DNA from: Fidelibacterota bacterium
GTDB taxonomy: Bacteria > Fidelibacterota > Marinisomatia > SCGC-AAA003-L08 > TS1B11
Length of the DNA: 64,000 bases
Assembly: GCA_020354025.1 (NCBI GenBank)
Contig: CP070638.1
Span: forward strand, 1,130,250 to 1,194,249
Direction of reading: 5' to 3'
Position numbers and translations under genes: made by a program
Part shown: piece by piece, positions 9,607 through 17,397 of the stretch
Position numbering within the stretch: the first letter of the stretch is position 1
Layout of the letters: every line of letters starts with the position of its first letter
Notes under the pieces: generated by a model
The model's database searches: none
What the model saw: the letters and a program-made list of their open reading frames with translations, nothing else
Told to the model about the DNA's origin: nothing

Positions 9607-9881
9607 CAATGTCAAGGGAAATAGGAAATAAAAATTGTCCACCAGTTTTGCCGTTTGAAGTGCGATTCTTTCATCTTTGGAGGCTTTTTTTCAGCAAGAA
9701 AGATTCACATAAGGGAAAAAACAATCCCGCCACTTTTAGATGATCTCTTACTTCGTTTAGATTGACTTGCCAATAGCCGTAATAACGGATTTGGGAGTAA
9801 AACTCGTTGGAACAATATTGAAATTGCGGTCGACTTTTTTTGGTTGTGCATAACCTACATTTCCAATTAAGTTATTACGAA

Positions 9882-9932
9882 ATGATTTTGCAGCACGTCC
9901 ATCATCACCATTTTCATGGACTCGATACCTAA
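9882..9932 (+). CDS. Histidine-rich leader peptide (his operon attenuator mini-ORF), MILQHVHHHHFHGLDT
   Basis: ATG at 9882, TAA at 9930-9932. Six of 16 codons are His (CAC/CAT) and four are consecutive. It lies 109 nt upstream of the hisG ATG and is followed by a terminator hairpin. I saw no clear SD sequence. Confidence 0.6.
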   Translation: MILQHVHHHHFHGLDT

Positions 9933-9987
9933 GGGGAATTCGAGGGGTTCGTGCTGTAAATAAATCGCAGCGTAAAAAGTTTGACTG

Positions 9988-10016
9988 AAAACCCTCGGAA
10001 GCCCCGAGGGTTTTTA
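9988..10016 (+). terminator. Intrinsic terminator / attenuator hairpin between the leader ORF and hisG
   Basis: The stem CCCTCGG (9992-9998) pairs with CCGAGGG (10004-10010), has a 5-nt loop, is extended by AAAA/TTTT and is followed by TTTTTATTT. It ends about 8 nt before the hisG RBS AGGAGG (10024-10029). Confidence 0.6.
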
Positions 10017-10040
10017 TTTATACAGGAGGATATTATCACG

Positions 10041-10916
10041 ATGGCAAACATTCTGAAGCTGGGATTGCCCAAGGGCTCGTTACAGGAGAGCACCCTGGCC
10101 ATTTTTAAAAAAGCCGGGTGGAACTTCATCGTCTCCAACCGTACCTACACTCCCTACTGTGACGATCCCGAGCTGGAGTCCCTGCTCATTCGTGCCCAGG
10201 AGATAGCCCGGTACGTGGAGCAGGGGATCTTCGACGTGGGCATCACCGGCAAGGATTGGATTCTGGAGAATGACGCCGATATTGAGGAGGTCTGTGAACT
10301 GGTGTACGCCAAGTCCTCCCTGCGGCCGGTGCAGTGGGTGCTGGCGGTGCCCGAGGAATCACCGGTGAAGTCGGTAAAGGACCTGGAGGGCAGGCACATC
10401 AGTACCGAGGTAGTGAACCTCACCCGGCAGTATCTGGTCAGACAAGGGGTAAAAGCGGAAGTGGAATTTTCCTGGGGAGCCACGGAAGCCAAGCCCCGGC
10501 TGCTTTCGGACGCTATTGTCGAGGTAACCGAGACCGGCTCCTCCCTGCGGGCCAATAAGCTGCGTATTGTGGATACTATATTGAACTCCACTACCCGATT
10601 TATCGCCAACAGGGAGGCCTACCAGGATCCGTGGAAGCGGCAGAAGATTGACAACATGGCCCGTCTCCTGCAGAGCGGCATCATGGCAACAGGTCACGTG
10701 GGGCTGAAAATGAATGTCTCCAGTGAGAAACTGGACCGGATCATGGCCATGCTGCCGGCGATGAAAACCCCGACTGTGAGCCAGCTTTATAATGGTTCCG
10801 GGGCGGCGGTGGAGGTGATCGTTGAAGAGAAAACGGTACGGGAAATTATTCCCACCCTCATCCAGGCCGGTGCTACTGACATCATCGAGTACCCGCTTAA
10901 CAAGGTGATTCCGTAG
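10041..10916 (+). CDS. hisG: ATP phosphoribosyltransferase, long form (with C-terminal regulatory domain)
   Basis: N-terminus [16 protein letters not shown] is typical of HisG. At 291 aa it is the long form, and no hisZ is nearby. I chose the ATG at 10041 because AGGAGG lies 11 nt upstream. The track ORF starts 60 nt earlier, inside the terminator. Confidence 0.9.
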   Translation: MANILKLGLPKGSLQESTLAIFKKAGWNFIVSNRTYTPYCDDPELESLLIRAQEIARYVEQGIFDVGITGKDWILENDADIEEVCELVYAKSSLRPVQWVLAVPEESPVKSVKDLEGRHISTEVVNLTRQYLVRQGVKAEVEFSWGATEAKPRLLSDAIVEVTETGSSLRANKLRIVDTILNSTTRFIANREAYQDPWKRQKIDNMARLLQSGIMATGHVGLKMNVSSEKLDRIMAMLPAMKTPTVSQLYNGSGAAVEVIVEEKTVREIIPTLIQAGATDIIEYPLNKVIP

Positions 10917-12200
10917 ATGAACATTCTACCTATCATCACCAGCGAGACCCAGTTCAATGAGCGGCTGGAGCGCCGCCAACAAGCCCTGGACGAGACTCGG
11001 ACATCGGTATCGGATATCCTTGCCAGGGTAAAAAAGGAGGGAGACCGGGCCCTGCGCCAGCTGACGGAAAGGTTCGACGGCGTCAGGATTGACGATCTGA
11101 TGGTTCCCGACCAGCAACTGGAGGTGGGCAGAGGTTCCCTTTCAGGACAGATGGAAACGACCATCCTCGCCGCCGCCGCCAACATCCGAACCTTCCATGA
11201 GCGCCAGATTCCGACAGGCTTCGCCATTACCCGGAAAGACGGCATGGAGGCTGCCTGGCGCTGGCGGCCGATCCAGCGGGTGGGGGTATACATCCCGGGC
11301 GGCCGGTATCCCCTCCTCTCCACCATACTGATGACGGTCATTCCCGCCCAGGTAGCAGGTGTGGCTGAAATTGTGGTTTGCACTCCGCCTGGCCCCTCCG
11401 GCTATCCTGCTGACGCCATATTGGGAATTTGCGCCCTCCTGGGTATCCGGGAGGTCTATCGTATCGGTGGCGCCCAGGCCATTGCAGCATTGGCGTACGG
11501 CACTGAAACCATCCAGGCCGTAGACAAGATCACCGGTCCGGGCAGCATTTACGTAACCAGCGCGAAGGAAGCGGTATCCAGCCAGGTGGGCATTGATATG
11601 CTGGCGGGCCCCAGCGAGGTAGTGGTGCTGGCCGACAGCACCGCCAATCCCAGGTGGATCGCCAGCGACCTGATCTCCCAGGCCGAACACGATCCCCTGG
11701 CCTGGTCGGTGCTGGTAACCGATAACCACAATCTTGCCCAGGAGGTGAATCGCCACCTTGCTGAACTGCTGAAAGACCTTACAACCCGATCCATCGCCGA
11801 GGCGTCATTGAAGGAGCACGGTTTCATCTTTCTGGGTGAGAACCTGGCGACATGTACAGCGGTGACTAACCGCATAGCGCCGGAGCATCTGTGCTTGCAG
11901 ACAGCCCGGCCGGAAGATATGCTTGAGCGGGTCCGGGCGGGAGCGATCTTCATAGGTGGCGAGACACCCGTTGCGTGGGGGGATTACTGGGCTGGTCCCA
12001 GCCACACCCTTCCAACGGCGGGGCACGCCCGTTTTCAGGGGCCTCTGTCGGTGTATGACTTCCTGGTTCCCTACTCGGTAATCAAGGCTGATGCGCGCAC
12101 TGCCCGGGTCAGCGGAGACAAGGTGAAAGCCCTGGCCGAGCTGGAGGGGCTGGCCGGGCACGCTCTTTCCATTACCCTGCGGGAGGAGAACGATGATTGA
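10917..12200 (+). CDS. hisD: Histidinol dehydrogenase
   Basis: 427 aa with TGPGSIYV and SQAEHD motifs typical of HisD. Its ATG directly abuts the hisG stop. Confidence 0.95.
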   Translation: MNILPIITSETQFNERLERRQQALDETRTSVSDILARVKKEGDRALRQLTERFDGVRIDDLMVPDQQLEVGRGSLSGQMETTILAAAANIRTFHERQIPTGFAITRKDGMEAAWRWRPIQRVGVYIPGGRYPLLSTILMTVIPAQVAGVAEIVVCTPPGPSGYPADAILGICALLGIREVYRIGGAQAIAALAYGTETIQAVDKITGPGSIYVTSAKEAVSSQVGIDMLAGPSEVVVLADSTANPRWIASDLISQAEHDPLAWSVLVTDNHNLAQEVNRHLAELLKDLTTRSIAEASLKEHGFIFLGENLATCTAVTNRIAPEHLCLQTARPEDMLERVRAGAIFIGGETPVAWGDYWAGPSHTLPTAGHARFQGPLSVYDFLVPYSVIKADARTARVSGDKVKALAELEGLAGHALSITLREENDD

Positions 12201-13257
12201 CCTCCCCTTGAAGCAGTGGATCAAGCCCGAGGTTTTGGCCCAGCCGGCTTACGAGGTCAAGACCGCCGATTATCGTATAAAACTGAACCAGAACGAAAGC
12301 CCCAGCGACTGGCCCCGGGAGCTTAAGGCAGAGGTACTGAAGCGCCTGAAAGAAGCTGCCTGGAACCGTTATCCCCTGATGATCCATCAAAGGCTGAAGG
12401 AGAAGCTGGCAAATGGTCTGGCGGTTTCGCCGGAGCAGGTGGTGATTGGTAAGGGTTCCAACGAGGTCTTACAAGCCCTGGCCCATATCACGCTTCGTCC
12501 CGGGGATACCCTGTGCACCCTCTCCCCCACCTTCGCCGTCTACCGGCTGCTGGGTGAGCAGCAGCAGGCGCTGGTATCCACATCCCCCCTCACCGTCGAC
12601 TTCCAGGTGGATGAGGAGGACCTGCTGGACAGGAGCAAGGAGGCCCGCCTCACGATCCTGAGCAATCCCAATTCGCCCACCGGGAGCCTGCTGCCGATAG
12701 AGCTCATCGGCCAGGTGGTGCGACAGGCTCAGGGACTGGTGGTTGTGGACGAAGCCTACGTCGACTTCTCCGGAGTGAGCGCTCTACCCCTGCTGGAGCA
12801 GTTCTCAAATCTTATTATCACCCGGACTTTTTCAAAGGCTTTTGCCCTGGCCGGTTTCCGGCTGGGTTTTGCCATTATGCATTCCCAACTGGCCCAACAG
12901 GTTCAGAAGGGCCTGCTGCCTTTCAACATCGATACACCCTCGGCGGTAGCGGCGGAAGTGCTGCTCGATCATCGGGAAGTGGTCAAGGAGCGAGCTGCGC
13001 TGACCATCCGGGAAAGGGACCAGCTGATAGCCCGCCTCGGGGACTTACCAGGTGTAACCGTATGGCCATCATGGGCTAACTTCTTTCTCCTGGCCACACC
13101 ACTGGGCGCTCAAAAGACTTTCACCCACCTTGCTAAGACAGGCATCCTGGTGCGGGACGTATCGGATTATCCAGGCTGCGAGAACGTGGTGCGCATCACG
13201 GTGGGCACACCGGAAGAAAACGAGGCCCTGTTCCAGGCTGTGCGAGATCTGCTGTGA
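12193..13257 (+). CDS. hisC: Histidinol-phosphate aminotransferase
   Basis: Class-II aminotransferase PLP-lysine motif TFSKAFALAGFRLG; NPNSPTG motif; 8-nt overlap with hisD. Confidence 0.9.
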   Translation: MIDLPLKQWIKPEVLAQPAYEVKTADYRIKLNQNESPSDWPRELKAEVLKRLKEAAWNRYPLMIHQRLKEKLANGLAVSPEQVVIGKGSNEVLQALAHITLRPGDTLCTLSPTFAVYRLLGEQQQALVSTSPLTVDFQVDEEDLLDRSKEARLTILSNPNSPTGSLLPIELIGQVVRQAQGLVVVDEAYVDFSGVSALPLLEQFSNLIITRTFSKAFALAGFRLGFAIMHSQLAQQVQKGLLPFNIDTPSAVAAEVLLDHREVVKERAALTIRERDQLIARLGDLPGVTVWPSWANFFLLATPLGAQKTFTHLAKTGILVRDVSDYPGCENVVRITVGTPEENEALFQAVRDLL

Positions 13258-14081
13258 TCTACGACGCCGTCATTTTCGATGTGGATGGAGTACTGGTGGA
13301 TGTGCGCCGATCATTTACCGCCGCCGCGGTGGATGCCGCTGCCGCCGCCACCGACTCCCGCCGCTTCACAGAAGATGACGCAAGGCAGTTGAAGTTTATC
13401 CGGGGTTTTAACAACGACTGGCACGTAGCCATTGCGGGCGCTGCCTGGGTCTGTTTCTGTGAGGGCTGGTCTTTTCCCGAATTCGCCCGAGAGTTGGACC
13501 GGTATGGCGGTGGCCTTAAAGGGCTCAGACACGTGGTGGGGAGTGATCTCACCACCGACTTTGAGGCTCACCTGATCCGCCTGGCCCAGGAGGCCTACGG
13601 TGGCACCACGGCCTGCAGGCAGCTGTACGGCATCAAGCCGGCTACTATCCGCCAGCCGGGGCGGTGGCAGGAGGAAGTTCCGCTGTTATCCGCTGAAGAC
13701 GCCGGACGTATAGCATCCAGGGCGGGTATCGTCACCGGACGAAGCCCAGCCGAGATGGAACTGGCCTTTCGCCTGCTCGGCTGGCGGCTGCCGGCTCAGC
13801 AGGTGGCGGTCTCCGATGACCCCGCCCGCGATAAGCCCGACCCGGGCAAGCTGGCTGCTATCCTCGAGTATCTCGGCAGCGAGAAGGCCCTGCTGGCCGG
13901 TGACGGCCGGGATGACCTGGAGCTGGCAGTAAATGCCCGAGCGAGCACCGGGAGGGAGGTGGTTTTCTGCTTCATCGGTAACTCGCCCGCGCCATGGCCG
14001 AATGTCGGGCACAGTTTCCCATCAGTTAATGAAATGCTAAACCATATTGAGGTGATCTATGACAAGTCCCAAACCGATTGA
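13254..14081 (+). CDS. HAD-superfamily (subfamily IA-like) hydrolase embedded in the his operon; candidate histidinol-phosphate phosphatase
   Basis: HAD motif I FDVDGVL, motif II IVTGRS, motif III K in DKPDP, motif IV AGDGRDD. The GTG start overlaps the hisC stop (GTGA) and the 3' end overlaps hisB by 23 nt. The function is inferred from context only. Confidence 0.7.
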   Translation: MIYDAVIFDVDGVLVDVRRSFTAAAVDAAAAATDSRRFTEDDARQLKFIRGFNNDWHVAIAGAAWVCFCEGWSFPEFARELDRYGGGLKGLRHVVGSDLTTDFEAHLIRLAQEAYGGTTACRQLYGIKPATIRQPGRWQEEVPLLSAEDAGRIASRAGIVTGRSPAEMELAFRLLGWRLPAQQVAVSDDPARDKPDPGKLAAILEYLGSEKALLAGDGRDDLELAVNARASTGREVVFCFIGNSPAPWPNVGHSFPSVNEMLNHIEVIYDKSQTD

Positions 14082-14646
14082 GATCAAGCGCAAAACCAAC
14101 GAGACGGACATCCGCCTGAAGCTGCTGCTCTGCGGAGAGCGGAAAGTGCAGGTGGAAACCGGTATCGGCTTTTTCGATCACCTGCTTCAGACCCTGGCCT
14201 TCTGGGCTGGATGGGACCTGGAGCTGTCCTGTACGGGTGACCTGCGCGTGGATACTCACCACACTGTGGAAGACGTGGCGCTTGCCCTGGGACAGGCTTT
14301 TACCAAGGCCAGGGAGGATGCCGGAAATATCGAGCGTTTCGGGATAGCCTGGATGCCCATGGGTGAGACTCTATCCCAGGTAGTGGTGGACCTGAGCGGC
14401 CGGCCCTTGTGTGTCTTCAAGGCCGACATCGGCGCCGAACGGGTCGGCACCTTTGAGACTGTCATGACGGGCCACTTTTTCCGCTCCTTCGCGGCTGAGT
14501 CAAAAGTGACCCTCCACGTCCGGACGCTTTATGGAGAAGACCCTCACCATATTATTGAGAGCATGTTCAAAGGTCTGGGCTTAGCTCTGCGACAAGCCCT
14601 GACACCCGGCACTGGTGGCGTGGCCTCTACCAAGGGAGCTTTATGA
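14059..14646 (+). CDS. hisB: Imidazoleglycerol-phosphate dehydratase (monofunctional)
   Basis: 195 aa with the two D/E-x-HH-x-x-E motifs (VDTHHTVED, GEDPHHIIES). It has no N-terminal phosphatase domain. Confidence 0.95.
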   Translation: MTSPKPIEIKRKTNETDIRLKLLLCGERKVQVETGIGFFDHLLQTLAFWAGWDLELSCTGDLRVDTHHTVEDVALALGQAFTKAREDAGNIERFGIAWMPMGETLSQVVVDLSGRPLCVFKADIGAERVGTFETVMTGHFFRSFAAESKVTLHVRTLYGEDPHHIIESMFKGLGLALRQALTPGTGGVASTKGAL

Positions 14647-15239
14647 TCGGTATGATCGACTATGGTGTGGGCAACGTAGGTAGCCTGGGCAACGCCCTGC
14701 GCTACCTGGAGCTGCCCTTTGTCCTGTCCGCCGATCCCGATGAGCTCGACCGCTGCGAGCAGCTTATCTTGCCTGGAGTGGGAGCCTTCGGCCCTGCCAT
14801 AGAGCGGCTGCGCAACTGCAACCTGGACGGATTTCTCCTCGAATGGGCGGCATCGGGGAAACCCCTCCTGGGCATCTGCCTGGGAATGCAGCTGCTCCTG
14901 TCTGCCAGCCGCGAACGGGGTCAATATGATGGCCTGGGACTGATCCCCGGCCAGGTGAGGAAAATCGAGGGAGCACCCAGGGAAGTCCATATGGGATGGA
15001 ACGAGGTAATACCCCGGCGGGAGAACTATCTTGTTCCCCGGTCAGGATACGCCTATTTCGTGCATTCCTACCGGTGTATTCTCGATGATCTCACCATAGT
15101 AATCGCTGACACCAGCTACGGTGGGCTCCTGGCGGCAGCGATACAGAAGGACAACATCCTAGGAGTACAGTTTCACCCGGAGAAATCCCAGGAGTACGGT
15201 CTGGATATCCTGCAAAGGTTTGCCGATGGGAAATTTTAA
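14643..15239 (+). CDS. hisH: Imidazole glycerol phosphate synthase, glutamine amidotransferase subunit
   Basis: Class-I GATase motifs: PGVGAF, nucleophile elbow LGICLGMQLL, QFHPEKS. ATGA overlap with hisB. Confidence 0.95.
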   Translation: MIGMIDYGVGNVGSLGNALRYLELPFVLSADPDELDRCEQLILPGVGAFGPAIERLRNCNLDGFLLEWAASGKPLLGICLGMQLLLSASRERGQYDGLGLIPGQVRKIEGAPREVHMGWNEVIPRRENYLVPRSGYAYFVHSYRCILDDLTIVIADTSYGGLLAAAIQKDNILGVQFHPEKSQEYGLDILQRFADGKF

Positions 15240-15969
15240 GGCAATCCCGGCCATAGACCTGATGGACGGCCGCTGCGTACGTCTGGTCCAAGGGGACTAT
15301 GACCGCAGCACCAAATACCCGCAGGAACCAGTAGAATTGGCCAGGCTGTTCCTAGACGCGGGACTGGACTGGCTCCATGTAGTTGATCTGGACGGGGCTA
15401 GAACGGGCAAGCCGATAGCCCTGGCCACCGTGAAGGCGCTGGCAACCACGGGCATCGGCATCGAGCTGGGCGGTGGCATCCGTACCTCGGACCACATCCA
15501 GCAGGCTCTGAACAGCGGCGCAACTAACGTAATCCTGGGCTCCAGCCTCATGAGCAACCGGGACGATCTGCCCCGGTGGCTGGACCGCTTCCCCGGACAG
15601 CTGGTGGCCGGGGTGGACGCCCGTAAAGACCGGGTTGCGGTGCACGGCTGGCAGGAAACCACCACAGTCCCGGCCTTGGACCTTATCACCCGGCTGGAAG
15701 ACATCGGCTTCCGGCGGGTGATCTACACCGATATAGCCACCGACGGCACCCTGGCGGGGCCGAACCTTGAGGGGCTGCGGGCCGTATCCCGAAGCACCCG
15801 GATGGATGTCACCGCCTCCGGTGGCATAGGCTCAGTAGCGGATATCCGGGCGGTAGCGGATCTGGCAGGACTGGGAGTAACGGGGGTCATTGTGGGTAAA
15901 GCTTTCTACGATGGGAGGATATCACTGGAGGAGTTAGCGACGTGCCTGAGCGGCGGCCAGATGGTCTGA
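15226..15969 (+). CDS. hisA: 1-(5-phosphoribosyl)-5-[(5-phosphoribosylamino)methylideneamino]imidazole-4-carboxamide isomerase
   Basis: AIPAIDLMDGRCVRLVQGDY N-terminus and GGGIR / GVIVGKA motifs of HisA. I used the ATG at 15226; the track ORF begins at the TTG at 15220. Confidence 0.9.
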   Translation: MGNFKAIPAIDLMDGRCVRLVQGDYDRSTKYPQEPVELARLFLDAGLDWLHVVDLDGARTGKPIALATVKALATTGIGIELGGGIRTSDHIQQALNSGATNVILGSSLMSNRDDLPRWLDRFPGQLVAGVDARKDRVAVHGWQETTTVPALDLITRLEDIGFRRVIYTDIATDGTLAGPNLEGLRAVSRSTRMDVTASGGIGSVADIRAVADLAGLGVTGVIVGKAFYDGRISLEELATCLSGGQMV

Positions 15970-16736
15970 CCCGGCGTATTATCCCTTGCCTGGATGTGCA
16001 TGAAGGCCAGGTGGTGAAAGGTGTGAAGTTTGTCAACCTGGTACAGGAAGGCGATCCGGTGGAGCTCGGCGCCCGTTACAGCGATATGGGGGCCGACGAA
16101 CTGGTGTTCCTGGACATCTCCGCGAGCGTTCAGGCCCGCCAGCACGTGCTGGACCTGACCAAACGGGTAGCCCGGGAAGTGTTCATTCCCTTCACCATCG
16201 GCGGGGGCATCCGGGCTCTGGATGACATGGAGGCGTTGTTGACCGCGGGTGCCGACAAGATCGCCCTCAATACCGCCGCATTGATCGATCCCGAAGTCGT
16301 TACCAGTGGTGCCAACCGCTTCGGCTCCCAGTGCATGGTAGTGGCCGTGGACGTGAAACGTACCGCGCCGGGCAGCTGGGAAGTCTTCTCCCACAGCGGC
16401 AGCCGATCCACCGGCCGAGAGGCCGCTGACTGGACCCGCGAGATCGCCGAACGCGGCGCCGGCGAGATCCTGCTCACAAGTATCGACGCCGACGGTACCC
16501 AGGCGGGGGTGGACCTTGAGATCACCCGGCGAGTTAGTGAGACCGTCCCCGTGCCGGTGATCGCCTCGGGCGGTATCGGGCAGCTGAGCCATTTCAAAGA
16601 CGCCGTTGAAAGAGGCAAGGCTGATGCGGTACTGGCTGCCTCGGTTTTTCACCGGGGTATTTTCACGATTGACGAAGTAAAGACCTATCTGCAGCAGGCG
16701 GGAATTCCCGTACGAATCACAGGAGAAACGCAGTGA
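15942..16736 (+). CDS. hisF: Imidazole glycerol phosphate synthase, cyclase subunit
   Basis: [16 protein letters not shown] and ASGGIG motifs typical of HisF. GTG start; overlaps hisA by 28 nt. Confidence 0.95.
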   Translation: MPERRPDGLTRRIIPCLDVHEGQVVKGVKFVNLVQEGDPVELGARYSDMGADELVFLDISASVQARQHVLDLTKRVAREVFIPFTIGGGIRALDDMEALLTAGADKIALNTAALIDPEVVTSGANRFGSQCMVVAVDVKRTAPGSWEVFSHSGSRSTGREAADWTREIAERGAGEILLTSIDADGTQAGVDLEITRRVSETVPVPVIASGGIGQLSHFKDAVERGKADAVLAASVFHRGIFTIDEVKTYLQQAGIPVRITGETQ

Positions 16737-17071
16737 CCACCAAAGTCGAAAGTGTCAAGGAGTTGAAATACGATCCAGACGGCCTGATCCCCGCCATCGT
16801 CCAGGATGTGGAGAACGGCGAGGTACTGATGCTGGCGTACATGAGCGTTGATAGCCTGAACATATCGCTCGAGGAAGGGCGCACCTGTTTCTGGTCCCGG
16901 AGCCGCCAGCAGCTCTGGCGCAAGGGCGAGACCAGCGGCCACGTCCAGAGAATCCGGTCCATCACCACCGACTGCGACCGGGATACTCTGCTGGTCAGGG
17001 TGGAGCAGGTCGGTCCCGCTTGCCACACCGGCACCCGCAGCTGCTTCACTAAGCCAGTTAAACAGCTCTAG
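16733..17071 (+). CDS. hisI: Phosphoribosyl-AMP cyclohydrolase (HisI domain only, no HisE domain)
   Basis: 112 aa with the [27 protein letters not shown] motif of PRA-CH. GTGA overlap with hisF. Confidence 0.9.
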   Translation: MTTKVESVKELKYDPDGLIPAIVQDVENGEVLMLAYMSVDSLNISLEEGRTCFWSRSRQQLWRKGETSGHVQRIRSITTDCDRDTLLVRVEQVGPACHTGTRSCFTKPVKQL

Positions 17072-17397
17072 TGATTTCTCATTGAAAATAATACGGATTC
17101 AACCTCGAGCTGTAGCCGTCACCAGCACGATTGGCGTGCTATTATACCAGATTTAATTATCAACGATTAATGAGGACTTGGGATCTTTCTCAGGTCCTTC
17201 TCATTTGAGGCAAGGTATGGTTTAAATTGGAACTTAGCCGCTGGCGGCAATAATGGCAGGATATCTGCCATAATGACCTCCCTGCCTGCTATCTGGTGCC
17301 ATTTTCACAATTAAAACCAACCATTTACGGCCAGGCATAGCCTTTGCGCCAGATGATATAGATGCATGTATTCATCATAGAAGGAGTTTAAACCACC

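Noticed and set aside
15906-16652. Long antisense ORFs opposite strongly supported genes. Examples: 15906-16652 (hisF), 18549-19334 and 19435-20118 (clpB), 20710-21621 (argF), 24719-25666 (pckA), 11142-11756 (hisD), 35378-35917 (guaA-like), 46674-47129 (apbE).
   Set aside because: These are typical GC-rich shadow ORFs. Each is fully nested against a gene with clear catalytic motifs. They have Arg/Gly/Pro-rich low-complexity composition and no motifs of their own.
17072-17397. CIRCE/HrcA operator, heat-shock promoter or his-operon terminator in the hisI-clpB spacer
   Set aside because: There is no TTAGCACTC-N9-GAGTGCTAA-like element. The only hairpins are short: AGCACG/CGTGCT at 17124-17140 with no U-tract, and ATGGCAG/CTGCCAT at about 17252-17272. 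The evidence is too weak to call.
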